Notes under the pieces: generated by a model
What the model saw: the letters and a program-made list of their open reading frames with translations, nothing else
Told to the model about the DNA's origin: nothing
The model's database searches: none
Part shown: one piece after another, positions 1 to 8,000 of the stretch
How the letters are laid out: each line of letters begins with the position of its first letter
How positions within the stretch are numbered: position 1 is the stretch's first letter
Origin: Phycisphaera mikurensis NBRC 102666
GTDB taxonomy: Bacteria; Planctomycetota; Phycisphaerae; Phycisphaerales; Phycisphaeraceae
DNA length: 32,000 nt
Reading direction: 5' to 3'
Assembly: GCF_000284115.1 (NCBI RefSeq)
Contig: NC_017080.1
Location: forward strand, 3,771,226-3,803,225
Translations under genes and position numbers: made by a program

Positions 1-756
1 GGCCCGGTCCGCCTTGGCCCGGCGCCTCTGGGCCAGCGTGCTGAGCATGTCGCTGTCCTCCCCAGGCAGCAGCCGCGTCATCAGCAAGAACATGCCGACC
101 AGGAAGCCGGTGAGGTAGCCGGCGAGGTGCGCCTCGTACGCGACGTTGCCGATGCTCAGGAGATTGAACAGCAGGTCCTGCCCGACGCGGAAGCAGATCA
201 AGACCACCGCGGAGACCTCGAAGCGGCCGATCGCGATCAGGAACCAGTACCAGATCGTCACGTCCAGCCGCGGGAACAGCGCCAGGAAGATCCCGGTGAC
301 CGCGGCGACCGAGCCCGAGGCTCCCAGCACCGGCGAGGACGACGTCAGCACGTGCGCCCAGCCGGCCAGCACGCCGCCGGCGAGGTAGAAGAGCAGGTAC
401 GGCAGCTTGCCCAGCCGGTCCTCCACGGCGCAGCCGAAGGCGTAGAGGAAGACCATGTTCCCGGTGAGGTGCCAGAGGTTCTGGTGCAGGAACGGGTACG
501 TGAAGAACTGGTGCAGCCGCGGGTACGCCGGCTGCAGGTAGCTCGTGTAGACGAGGTTGGAGTTCCAGCCGGCGAGCAGGTCGGGCCGCTGGATGCCCGC
601 GTTGAGGCTCTCCTGCAGCTGGGTCATCTGGTCGCCGAGGGCGAGGATCGACCGCTCGCTCACGAGGAACACCAGGACGTTCAACCCGATGATCGCGTAG
701 GTCAGCCACGGCATCGCCCGCAGAGGCCGGTCGGTGCCGAGGGGGAAGAAGAGCAT
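1..756 (-). CDS. Rhomboid-family intramembrane serine protease (C-terminus runs off the left edge of the window)
   Basis: Edge-truncated, so absent from the ORF track. My reverse-strand translation from ATG (756..754) reads MLFFPLGTDRPLRAMPWLTYAIIGLNVLVFL...FTYPFLHQNLWHLTGNMVFLYAFG...VLGASGSVAAVTGIF...YEAHLAGYLTGFLVG. Rhomboid hallmarks are present: HxxxN (HLTGN), GxSG catalytic Ser (GASGS) and a catalytic His in AHLAGY. Several TM helices and G/C-rich third positions support the frame. Confidence 0.85.
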   Translation of the reverse strand, partial: MLFFPLGTDRPLRAMPWLTYAIIGLNVLVFLVSERSILALGDQMTQLQESLNAGIQRPDLLAGWNSNLVYTSYLQPAYPRLHQFFTYPFLHQNLWHLTGNMVFLYAFGCAVEDRLGKLPYLLFYLAGGVLAGWAHVLTSSSPVLGASGSVAAVTGIFLALFPRLDVTIWYWFLIAIGRFEVSAVVLICFRVGQDLLFNLLSIGNVAYEAHLAGYLTGFLVGMFLLMTRLLPGEDSDMLSTLAQRRRAKADRA

Positions 757-857
757 GCGGCGGGTGCGGGGTGCGGGCGGGGTGCGGGCGGGCCTGGGGC
801 GGCGTGGTGGCGTGGCGGCGTACACCGCGATGCCTCGCGGCCGCGCCCGGCCGGGGT

Positions 858-1880
858 TCAGCGGGCGGGGATCACGGTCCAGACGCGGCCGTCGACGGGC
901 AGGGGCGGCACGAGCGACACGGTCAGCTCGCGGCTGCGGCCCGCGGCGAGGCCGCCGGGCACCGAGACGCCCCAGGCCGCCGCGTCGGGCGGATCGACCG
1001 AGAGGTGCAGGCGCAGAGGCCCCGCCACGGCCTCGCCGTCGTTGCGGAGGGTGACCGCGATCCGCCGCGTCTGCCCGAGCGGGTCGGCCTCGGGCATCGC
1101 CGCGACCGCGACGCCGGGGAGGGGCTCGGGCCGGCCGGCGGCGGTGGAACGCGCGTACACCGTGGCGGGCTCGGCGGTCGGGGCGGGCGGCGCCGCGGCC
1201 GCGATGGGGGCCGGCCGGGGCGCCGGCTCGGGCGCCCGCTCGGCGGGCGCTTCTCCGAGCAGGGCGAACAGCCCGCCGATGAAGCCCGCCGCCAGCCCCA
1301 CCGCGAGCACCACGACCAGCGTCAGCCGGCGTCGCGAGCGGGCCCGCTCCGCCGCCTCGCGCCGCTCGCGGGCGCGGGCTTTGCGGAGCTGGTCGCGGGT
1401 GGGCGGCGCCTCGATCGGCCTCGGCGGCGGGGCGTCGCGGCGCCCGCCGCCGGCGGGCCCCGGCGCCGGGCCGTCGTCCTCGTCGGGTGCCAGCTCCGCC
1501 GGCACGCCGATGCCCGAGTCCGCCGCGCCCTTGAACGAGCCGTGGGCGCCGGTGTTCCCGGGGAAGCCGGCTTCGCCCTCCGACTCGCCGTCGCCGCCCC
1601 CATGGGCGTCCTCCGCCCCGTGCATCAGGCCCGAGAGCCCCGAAAGCCCGACCATCGCCTCCGGCTCCTCGCCCTGGAGCACGTCCTCCTCGGGCTCCCC
1701 GCCTCGCGATCCGGCCCGGCCGCCGGCGAGGGCCGCGCCGCCGGGCCCGCCCCCCTCAAGCGTTTCGTCCTCGATCCGGAAGACCTCCTCGCACGCCGGG
1801 CAGGCCACCTGCGCCCCGATGCGCACGAAGGAAGACTCCTGGACGTGTCCGCAACGGGGGCAGTGGAAGCGGTACTTCAT
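858..1880 (-). CDS. Zinc-ribbon (MJ0042-type) membrane protein, DUF3426-like architecture; function unknown
   Basis: 340-aa ORF in the track. It has an N-terminal CPRC..CPAC zinc ribbon (MKYRFHCPRCGHVQ...VACPACEEVF) and a long G/P/A/E-rich linker. One TM helix follows (LTLVVVLAVGLAAGFIGGLFALL), then a beta-rich C-terminal domain. Confidence 0.6.
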   Translation of the reverse strand: MKYRFHCPRCGHVQESSFVRIGAQVACPACEEVFRIEDETLEGGGPGGAALAGGRAGSRGGEPEEDVLQGEEPEAMVGLSGLSGLMHGAEDAHGGGDGESEGEAGFPGNTGAHGSFKGAADSGIGVPAELAPDEDDGPAPGPAGGGRRDAPPPRPIEAPPTRDQLRKARARERREAAERARSRRRLTLVVVLAVGLAAGFIGGLFALLGEAPAERAPEPAPRPAPIAAAAPPAPTAEPATVYARSTAAGRPEPLPGVAVAAMPEADPLGQTRRIAVTLRNDGEAVAGPLRLHLSVDPPDAAAWGVSVPGGLAAGRSRELTVSLVPPLPVDGRVWTVIPAR

Positions 1881-2016
1881 CCGCTGCGGAGCTTATGGAG
1901 GCACCGGCCGCCCGGCCCCGCCGGGTCGCGGCCGCCGGGGCCGCTGGGGGGGGGCCCTGGGCCCGGCCCGCGTCGCCGCCTCGACAAGGGCGGGCTCTTC
2001 GGCGACGCTCCCGCCC

Positions 2017-2847
2017 ATGAGCTTCACCCCCCCCGACCCGGCGGCCACGCCCCGGGCACCCGGCGAGATCTCCGCCGGCACCGACGGCGCCACCGGCCGC
2101 GTGACCCCCTACGGCGCGCACGTGTTCTCGTGGATCCCCGCCGGGCACGACGAGGTGCTGTACGTCTCACCGCGGGCGGTCCTGGATGGCAGCAAGCCGA
2201 TCCGCGGCGGCATCCCGGTGTGCTTCCCGTGGTTCGGCGCCGGCGGGTCCGGCGACGCCACGCCCGCCCACGGCACCGTGCGCCGCGACACCTGGGAGGT
2301 GAGGGAACGCCGCGGCGACGGCGCGGCCTTCGCGACGCGGGCGGGCGGCTTCGGCATCTCGCTGGACGCGAGCTTCGGCGACACGCTGACGCTCCGCGTC
2401 GCCGTCACCCGCACGGCCGACGACGCCGCGGCCTTCGAACTCGCCCTGCACAGCTACTTCGCGGTCTCCGAGGCCTCGGCGGTGTCGGTCACCGGCCTCG
2501 CCGGCGCCCGCGGCCTCGACAGCCTCACCGGCGAGACCTTCGAGCAGGACACCGAGCCCATCCGCTTCGCCGCCGAATACGACCGCGTCTTCACCGGCTG
2601 CCCCGGCCCGCAGACGCTGCACGATCCGGGCCTGAAGCGGAAGATCGTCATCACCCCGGACAACCTGCCCTCAGCGATCGTGTGGAACCCCCACGCCGCG
2701 AAGGCCGGCCGCATGAGCGACCTCGGCGCCGACCAGTACCCGCGTTTCGTCTGCATCGAGAGCGGACGCGTGCGGCAGGACGCGGTCACGCTGCGGCCCG
2801 GCGAAACCTTCGAAGCGTCCGTCGGGATCGCGGTCGAGGCGGCCTGA
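2017..2847 (+). CDS. D-hexose-6-phosphate mutarotase (YeaD-like aldose 1-epimerase family)
   Basis: Starts at the internal ATG at 2017 of the 127..2847 frame. The upstream part of that ORF is R/G/P-rich junk antisense to the 858..1880 gene. Family motifs: GGIPVCFPWFG, HGTVRRDTWEV, LHSYFAV, IVWNPHAAKAGRMSDLG...FVCIESG. Confidence 0.85.
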   Translation: MSFTPPDPAATPRAPGEISAGTDGATGRVTPYGAHVFSWIPAGHDEVLYVSPRAVLDGSKPIRGGIPVCFPWFGAGGSGDATPAHGTVRRDTWEVRERRGDGAAFATRAGGFGISLDASFGDTLTLRVAVTRTADDAAAFELALHSYFAVSEASAVSVTGLAGARGLDSLTGETFEQDTEPIRFAAEYDRVFTGCPGPQTLHDPGLKRKIVITPDNLPSAIVWNPHAAKAGRMSDLGADQYPRFVCIESGRVRQDAVTLRPGETFEASVGIAVEAA

Positions 2848-2853
2848 GCGGAT

Positions 2854-2899
2854 CCGCGGACCGCGGGTCAGCGGGGCCCGCTGGCCTCGCGGTCCGCGG
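2854..2899. repeat. Paired palindrome element: CCGCGGACCGCGG (2854-2866) and tCGCGGTCCGCGG (2887-2899), centres exactly 33 bp apart
   Basis: Read directly from the sequence. The element begins 7 nt after the mutarotase stop, spans the LOG stop codon, and the second copy lies in the last codons of LOG (..VVPADREASGPR*). A small inner hairpin is present: cagcgg-ggc-ccgctg. Confidence 0.85.
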
Positions 2900-3437
2900 G
2901 AACGACCGCGTCCAGCGCAGCGAGGGCCTCCTCCGCCGTCGCCACGAAGCGGTACGCCTCGCGGTACGCCGGGCCCGCGAAGCGGGCGGCCTCGAAGTGG
3001 TCGAACAGCGTCCGCAGGGGCGACCAGAAGCCCGCGACGTCGACGATGACCACCGGCTTGTTGTGGTAGTTGAGGAAGCGGTGCGTCACCACCTCGGCCA
3101 CCTCCTCCAGCGTGCCGAAGCCTCCGGGCAGCACGACGAAAGCGTCCGCGCGGTCGTCCATCACCTGCTTCCGCTCCCGCATCGTCTCCACCACGACGAG
3201 CTCGTCGGAGGCCTCGAACGCCAGCTCTCGACGCATCATCGCCCGGGGGATGACGCCGGTGACCGCCCCGCCGGCGGCCTGGGTCGCCCGGGCAACCCGG
3301 CCCATCAGACCGACGGAGCCGCCCCCGTACACCAGGCGCCAGCCCCGCCGCCCGACCTCCCGCCCCGTCGCCTCCGCCGCGGCCGCGAACGCCGGGTCGT
3401 CGCCGTCGCCCGAACCACAGAACACGGCGATCTTCAT
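2868..3437 (-). CDS. LOG-family cytokinin riboside 5'-monophosphate phosphoribohydrolase-like (TIGR00730 type)
   Basis: MKIAVFCGSG...WRLVYGGGSVGLMG...AFVVLPGGFGTLEEVAEVV...HNKPVVIVDV. The PGGxGTxxE motif and overall layout are typical of LOG. The ATG at 3437 is preferred over the TTG at 3446 used by the track. Confidence 0.85.
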   Translation of the reverse strand: MKIAVFCGSGDGDDPAFAAAAEATGREVGRRGWRLVYGGGSVGLMGRVARATQAAGGAVTGVIPRAMMRRELAFEASDELVVVETMRERKQVMDDRADAFVVLPGGFGTLEEVAEVVTHRFLNYHNKPVVIVDVAGFWSPLRTLFDHFEAARFAGPAYREAYRFVATAEEALAALDAVVPADREASGPR

Positions 3438-3531
3438 GCCGGGCAACGTAGAGGTTGCGCGGCGCCCGGGTCTCCGCGAGCCACCCGCACCACGGCCAGC
3501 GGCCGGCTCGGTCGTGGCCGTGGTCCCGGTC

Positions 3532-3669
3532 CACCCGCGTCTTCTCGCCGGTGTCGAGGTCGCAGCGGGCGGCGACGAGCTCGATCTTCCCGCCCTTGGC
3601 GGCGGGACCGACGCACGGCCGGCTCTTGCTCAGGCTCTCGACGGTCTGGCGGGCGTTCTCGGCGTAGGA
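3532..3669 (-). pseudogene. Possible C-terminal remnant of a beta-class carbonic anhydrase (no N-terminal part, no start codon)
   Basis: The reverse-strand frame directly after the stop of the 3694..5763 gene reads SYAENARQTVESLSKSRPCVGPAAKGGKIELVAARCDLDTGEKTRV. This resembles the C-terminal N(A/V)RxQVxxL...GK(L/I)xxVGAxYDLDTGxV pattern of many beta-CAs. No catalytic N-terminal half is present. Confidence 0.35.
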
Positions 3670-3693
3670 GGCAGACCCGGTGCGGGAGCGGCC

Positions 3694-5763
3694 TCAGGCG
3701 TCGGAAAGCACCACGACGGCGTGGCAGGAGAACGGCGGGAGCGTGAGGCGGAGGCGGCCACCCTCCCGGCGGACCTGGGGTGCGTGCTCGGTCAGCGGGA
3801 GCGACACCTCCTTCGTGCCGTCGAGCGCGAGATCCAGCTCCACCCCGTGGAGCGTGGGCAGGTCCTCGATCACCTCGCAGCCGCCGCGGAGCGTGGGCGT
3901 GCCGTAGGTCAGGTGCAGCACGTGCCGGCGGTGCTCCGCCTGCCGGTACAGCGTCGCCCGGCCGGAGCTCCCGAAGCCGTCCAGCCGGATCTTCGCCACG
4001 AAGCCCAGCTCGGCGAGCACGGCGGTGAGCAGCTCGCGGTGCTGGCGGGCGCCGTGGCCGCTGTACATCCTCCCAAGCGGGTGGGCGATGAGGGCGACGC
4101 CGCCCTTGCGGGCGACGGCGACGTGCTCGCTGTCCTCCAAGCGGTAAGGCGTCTCTTGGTGGCTGGTGTAGTGGGCGTAGGTGCGGTCGAAGAAGGGCTC
4201 GCGGATCGAGGCGAGCACCTCGGTTCCGCCGCCGTCGACGGGCACGAAGCGGGGCGCGGCCTCGTAGTTGAGGAAGGGCCCGCGGCCCAGCCCGGCCCGG
4301 GCCCGCAGGGCTTCGCCGGCGAGCGTGTAATCGATCTTGAAGCGGGCGGGACCCGCGTACGCGAGCCCGACGTCCAGCGCGAGCTCGTCCTCGCCGAGCC
4401 GCAGCGCGGCGTCGCCGATCAGCACGACCCTCCCGCCGGCCTCGGCGTAGGCGGCCAGCTTCTCGGCGTCGTCGCGGGTGAGGCAACGCTGCGTCACGAC
4501 GACGGCGTCCTTGCCGGCGAGGCTCTCCGGCGTCACCCCCTCGAAGTCGCACTGCGTCTCGAGCAGCATCACGCAGGCGCCCTCGTCCTCCGGGGAGCTG
4601 GAGGTGCCGTGGACCGAGAGATCGCTGGGCCGCACGCCGAAGAGGACGCCCAGGTTGGTGTCGGGCTCGGCGCCGACGCAGAAGCGTTCGACCCGCCGGA
4701 CGTGGGCGAAGACCTCGCCGATGTTGCGGTAGGTCTGCTCGTCGAGCTCGCCGCCGGGGTGCAGCTGGTCGCCGAAGCTGCAACGCGCGTTGAAGGCGAG
4801 CATCGTCGACGCCTCGTAGCGGATCGCGTCGGGGTGCTTGTAGCCGCCGAACTCGCCCCAGGCGGTGTGGAACTTGCCGCTCATGGCCAGCAGCTCCTTC
4901 TTGTCGCGGGCGAAGAAGCGGGCCCGCGGCGGGAGCTTGTCGTAGCCGCCCCAGACGGTCGGCAGGTCCTCGAGCTCGTAGTGCGTCTGATGCCGCAGGA
5001 TCCGCGGCGGCGTGGTCATGTGCGTGAGGCCGTTGAAGAAGACCGAGCCGGGCTCCTCCGAATCCGCCGGCCGCAGCTCGTCGAGGATCGCCCGGCAGTC
5101 GCCCAGGAAGGCGTCCCACTTGTCGACGCTATACGCCGCCGCCGCGGCGTCGTCCTCGGCGTCGATTCCCGCCTCTTCCATCCCCGCCCGGCACCGCTCG
5201 CACCAGCAGGTCTCCAGGTTGCAGATGTCGTACCAGAGGCCGCGGGTCGGGTGCTTGGTGAGGATCTCGCGGGTCAGCTCGAGGATGTGCCGGCGGTAGT
5301 CGCCGCTGGGGCAGAGGAACTTCCAGAAGAACGCGTGGTACCGCTCGTCGGGGCCGCCGGTGAGCGCCGGCGGGTGCTCGTCCAGGTCGCGGTTGGTGTG
5401 GATCGTGCCGTCCTTGTTCCGGACGCACCAGCCCGGGTGCATCGAGGCCTCGGTCGCCGACCAGCCCACGGTCACGTACGCGGTGGTGCGGATGCCGGCC
5501 GCCTCGCACGCCCTCACCTGCTCGCCGAAGAGATCCAGGCCGGGCTTCAAGTTCGGGTGCCGCATGCCGACCTCGCTCGGGAAGTAGCACCACGAGTGGT
5601 GGCCCTTGGCGAAGAGGTTGATCGCGTCGACGTGGCCGAGCTTGAGGGTGGAGACGAAGGCCTCGGCGTCGAAGCGGTCGCCGATGTTCCCGAGGGCGTC
5701 GGAGGTGTGGAAGTCGAGGTGGACCTGGCGGAAGTTCGCGGATCCGAAGCGGGGTCTTGGCAT
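3694..5763 (-). CDS. Glycoside-hydrolase-like protein (GHL6-type TIM barrel plus beta-galactosidase-trimerisation-like C-terminal domain)
   Basis: Starts at the internal ATG at 5763 of the 3694..6771 ORF. The sequence upstream of it is antisense to the GH16 gene and is junk-like. N-terminus MPRPRFGSANFRQVHLDFHTSD...INLFAKGHHSWCYFPS...WKFLCP is typical of the 'hypothetical glycosyl hydrolase 6' family. Good coding composition over 689 aa. Confidence 0.7.
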   Translation of the reverse strand: MPRPRFGSANFRQVHLDFHTSDALGNIGDRFDAEAFVSTLKLGHVDAINLFAKGHHSWCYFPSEVGMRHPNLKPGLDLFGEQVRACEAAGIRTTAYVTVGWSATEASMHPGWCVRNKDGTIHTNRDLDEHPPALTGGPDERYHAFFWKFLCPSGDYRRHILELTREILTKHPTRGLWYDICNLETCWCERCRAGMEEAGIDAEDDAAAAAYSVDKWDAFLGDCRAILDELRPADSEEPGSVFFNGLTHMTTPPRILRHQTHYELEDLPTVWGGYDKLPPRARFFARDKKELLAMSGKFHTAWGEFGGYKHPDAIRYEASTMLAFNARCSFGDQLHPGGELDEQTYRNIGEVFAHVRRVERFCVGAEPDTNLGVLFGVRPSDLSVHGTSSSPEDEGACVMLLETQCDFEGVTPESLAGKDAVVVTQRCLTRDDAEKLAAYAEAGGRVVLIGDAALRLGEDELALDVGLAYAGPARFKIDYTLAGEALRARAGLGRGPFLNYEAAPRFVPVDGGGTEVLASIREPFFDRTYAHYTSHQETPYRLEDSEHVAVARKGGVALIAHPLGRMYSGHGARQHRELLTAVLAELGFVAKIRLDGFGSSGRATLYRQAEHRRHVLHLTYGTPTLRGGCEVIEDLPTLHGVELDLALDGTKEVSLPLTEHAPQVRREGGRLRLTLPPFSCHAVVVLSDA

Positions 5764-5848
5764 GGCGGCGGCGCGGGGGCGATGGGCGAGCGAGAGGGGC
5801 GGCACGAAGCTAACGCGGCGGGCCCAATTCGTCATCGATAAACCGTGC

Positions 5849-5898
5849 CGGTCGACCGACCGCCCGCCGGCCCGGCGGGTCGTGTAGATTGTCGACAA
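5849..5898. promoter_or_regulatory. Two perfect 10-bp palindromes with a GTCGAC core (CGGTCGACCG 5849-5858; TTGTCGACAA 5889-5898) in the divergent GHL6/GH16 intergenic region
   Basis: Read directly. The centres are 40 bp apart, in a locally lower-GC stretch between divergent starts at 5763 (-) and 5968 (+). They are candidate operator sites; the binding factor is unknown. Confidence 0.3.
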
Positions 5899-5967
5899 GT
5901 CTCCTCCGGCGGCCGGGCACGTGCCCGCACCTCCCGCCGGCTGTCTCCTCCTCCTTTTCGGAGCCCC

Positions 5968-6888
5968 ATGATGCGGATCCCCGACCGGATGCTGCTCTTG
6001 ACCGCCGCCGCCACGCTGCTCCTGGGCGCCGCGCACGCCCCGCCGGCCGCGGCTCAAGACTGGCGCGACATCGACGTCCCCCGCGACCCGCTGCCCGGCC
6101 ACGACTGGGTGCTCGACTGGTCCGTCTCGGACAGCTTCAACTACAGCGACAAGAGCGACTGGCGCTTCACGCGGCGCTGGCGAGAGGGCAAGCCCGATGG
6201 CTGGCTCGGCCCCGGCGCGACCTTCTTCAAGGCGGGCAACAGCTTCCTGGTCGGCGGCAAGCTGACGATCTTCGGCTCGCGGGTGCCCGAGGCCCGGCGT
6301 GGCGCCCCGCGCAACGACCACGGCTTCTTCACCGACCGCAACACGCACACCGCTTACATCACCAGCAAGAAGCAGCTGCGCCCGCCGCTGTACACCGAGG
6401 TGCGGATGAAGGCGTCGAGCACGCCGCTCTCGAGCAACTTCTGGCTGCTCTCCGACGACAACGAGACCGAGATCGACGTCGTCGAGATCTACGGCGACAC
6501 GGACTGGTTCCGCCGCCACCCGGCGCACAACGCCCACTTCTTCAAGCGCGGCGGCAACGGCGACATCAACCGCCAGGGCCACCACACCACCGACCGCCGC
6601 TGGGACAACCAGTACCACCGGTACGGCGTCTTCTGGCAGAACGACCGCTACTGCGAGATCTTCTACGACGGCGACCTCGTGCGTCAGATGTGGCTGCCCG
6701 GGCAGATCCCCGACCCCACCGGCCAGTACCTCAACCGGTCGATGCGTCTGATCTTCGACCTCGAGGCCCACACCTGGCGCAAGCAGGCCGGCGTGCCCAG
6801 CGACGCCGACCTCGCCGACTGGGGCCGCAACAACATGCAGGTGGATTGGGTCCGGACCTACCGCAGCGTCGGCCGCCGCGGGCGCTGA
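5968..6888 (+). CDS. Secreted glycoside hydrolase family 16 (agarase/porphyranase/kappa-carrageenase-like clade)
   Basis: Signal peptide MMRIPDRMLLLTAAATLLLGAAHAPPAAAQ. The GH16 catalytic ExDxxE motif sits in NFWLLSDDNETEIDVVEIYG. The conserved tail is YHRYGVFW...IFYDG...MRLIFDLE...MQVDWVRTY. Confidence 0.8.
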   Translation: MMRIPDRMLLLTAAATLLLGAAHAPPAAAQDWRDIDVPRDPLPGHDWVLDWSVSDSFNYSDKSDWRFTRRWREGKPDGWLGPGATFFKAGNSFLVGGKLTIFGSRVPEARRGAPRNDHGFFTDRNTHTAYITSKKQLRPPLYTEVRMKASSTPLSSNFWLLSDDNETEIDVVEIYGDTDWFRRHPAHNAHFFKRGGNGDINRQGHHTTDRRWDNQYHRYGVFWQNDRYCEIFYDGDLVRQMWLPGQIPDPTGQYLNRSMRLIFDLEAHTWRKQAGVPSDADLADWGRNNMQVDWVRTYRSVGRRGR

Positions 6889-6899
6889 AGCGGCGACCG

Positions 6900-6918
6900 A
6901 CCGGCCCCGCAGGCCGGT
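6900..6918 (+). terminator. Hairpin after GH16 stop (accggcc-ccgca-ggccggt), no U-tract
   Basis: 7-bp perfect stem with a 5-nt loop, 12 nt downstream of the stop at 6888 and between convergent genes. Confidence 0.3.
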
Positions 6919-6972
6919 GCCCTCGTCGGGCGGATCGTGGCAGCCCGCGGCGCGGTGGTCCGGCGCGACGCG

Positions 6973-7836
6973 CTAGTGCCGGGCGATCCGCTCCACGCGG
7001 CGCCGCCAGGCGTGCGGCGTCTCGCCGCCGTGCAGCCGCTTGAACACGCGGTGGAAGTGGGCGAGGCTCGGGAAGCCCGAGCGGAGCGCGACCTCCGCGA
7101 GGCCGTCGGCGGTCTGCAGCAGCCGGGTCTCCGCCGCCTGCACCCGCAGGCGGTGGCGGTACTCGGTGACGCTCTGCCCCATGGCGGCGGCGAAGCGGCG
7201 GGCGGCGGCGGACTCGGAGAGGTGGGCGGCGGCGGCGAGCTCGCCGAGGCTCACCCCGTCGCGGAAGCGGTCCTGGAGCAGGCGCGTCATGACCTCAACC
7301 GCGGGATCGGCGGCGCGGGCCGCGGACGCGGGGCCCAGCGGCGTGGACGCCGCCGCGGCCAGCGCCGCGAGGGCCGCGAGCAGGAGGCCCGGCACCCGCT
7401 CGGGCTCCGCGGCGTCGACGAGGCGGTCGATGGCCGCCTCGGCCGTCCCCGGCGCGAAGGCCAGCCCCCCCGCCGCCGCGGAGAGCAGCCCCACGATCCC
7501 GGCGCACTCGGGGAAGGCCGCCGCGGCTCCGCAGACCCGCGCCGCGTCGAACTGCGCCACGCTGGCGCGGCACGGCGGCCCGCCTGCCGGCGCCGGGGGA
7601 TCGTGACCCTCGGAGAACCAAGCGTGCGGCAGGTCGGGGCCGAGCAGCACGACGTCGCCGGTGCTGAAACGCGAGACCGCGGACCCCAGCAACGCCCGGC
7701 CCGTGCCCGCATCGATGCGGGTCAGCTCCACCTCGGGGTGGTGGTGCCAGGGCACGTCGAAGGCGTCGAAGCCGAAGCGCTTCACCAGGACCGACCGGCC
7801 GCTGCCCGCCTCGATGCGTTCGCGTTCGGGCTTCAT
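6973..7836 (-). CDS. AraC-family transcriptional regulator with N-terminal cupin-like sensor domain
   Basis: 287-aa ORF. The N-terminus reads FDVPWHHHPEVELTRI...GDVVLLGPDLPHAW (cupin). The C-terminal HTH reads LSESAAARRFAAAMGQSVTEYRHRLRVQAAETRLLQT...VALRSGFPSLAHFHRVFKRLHGGETP. Confidence 0.85.
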   Translation of the reverse strand: MKPERERIEAGSGRSVLVKRFGFDAFDVPWHHHPEVELTRIDAGTGRALLGSAVSRFSTGDVVLLGPDLPHAWFSEGHDPPAPAGGPPCRASVAQFDAARVCGAAAAFPECAGIVGLLSAAAGGLAFAPGTAEAAIDRLVDAAEPERVPGLLLAALAALAAAASTPLGPASAARAADPAVEVMTRLLQDRFRDGVSLGELAAAAHLSESAAARRFAAAMGQSVTEYRHRLRVQAAETRLLQTADGLAEVALRSGFPSLAHFHRVFKRLHGGETPHAWRRRVERIARH

Positions 7837-8000
7837 GGCGGATCAACCTGCCCCATCCCCCAGATCGGATCGAAAACGCCGGAAACGTACACGATTTCGC
7901 GGGATCCGGCGACGCGGCGTTGCGCTCGGCGCCCGATGATCTTCCCGCTGGCGAGCCGACCGCGGCCGCCGCGACCCCCGTTCCCCTCGAAAGCCATCCG

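Noticed and set aside
762-800. G-quadruplex-type motif (GGGTGCGGGGTGCGGGCGGGGTGCGGGCGGG) between the zinc-ribbon gene and the rhomboid gene
   Set aside because: G-runs of this kind are expected to be frequent at this GC content. Nothing ties it to function, and similar runs occur elsewhere in the window.
127-3746. Very long + strand ORFs (127..2847, 906 aa; 771..3746, 991 aa)
   Set aside because: Their composition is R/G/P/A-rich junk typical of off-frame or antisense reading in high-GC DNA. They overlap well-supported genes on the other strand (zinc-ribbon protein, LOG). Only the last 276 codons of 127..2847 form a recognisable protein, the mutarotase.
5764-6771. N-terminal 336-aa extension of the 3694..6771 ORF
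   Set aside because: The extension is antisense to the GH16 gene and has no family features. The GHL6-like homology begins at the internal ATG (5763) with the typical ..VHLDFHTSD.. N-terminus.
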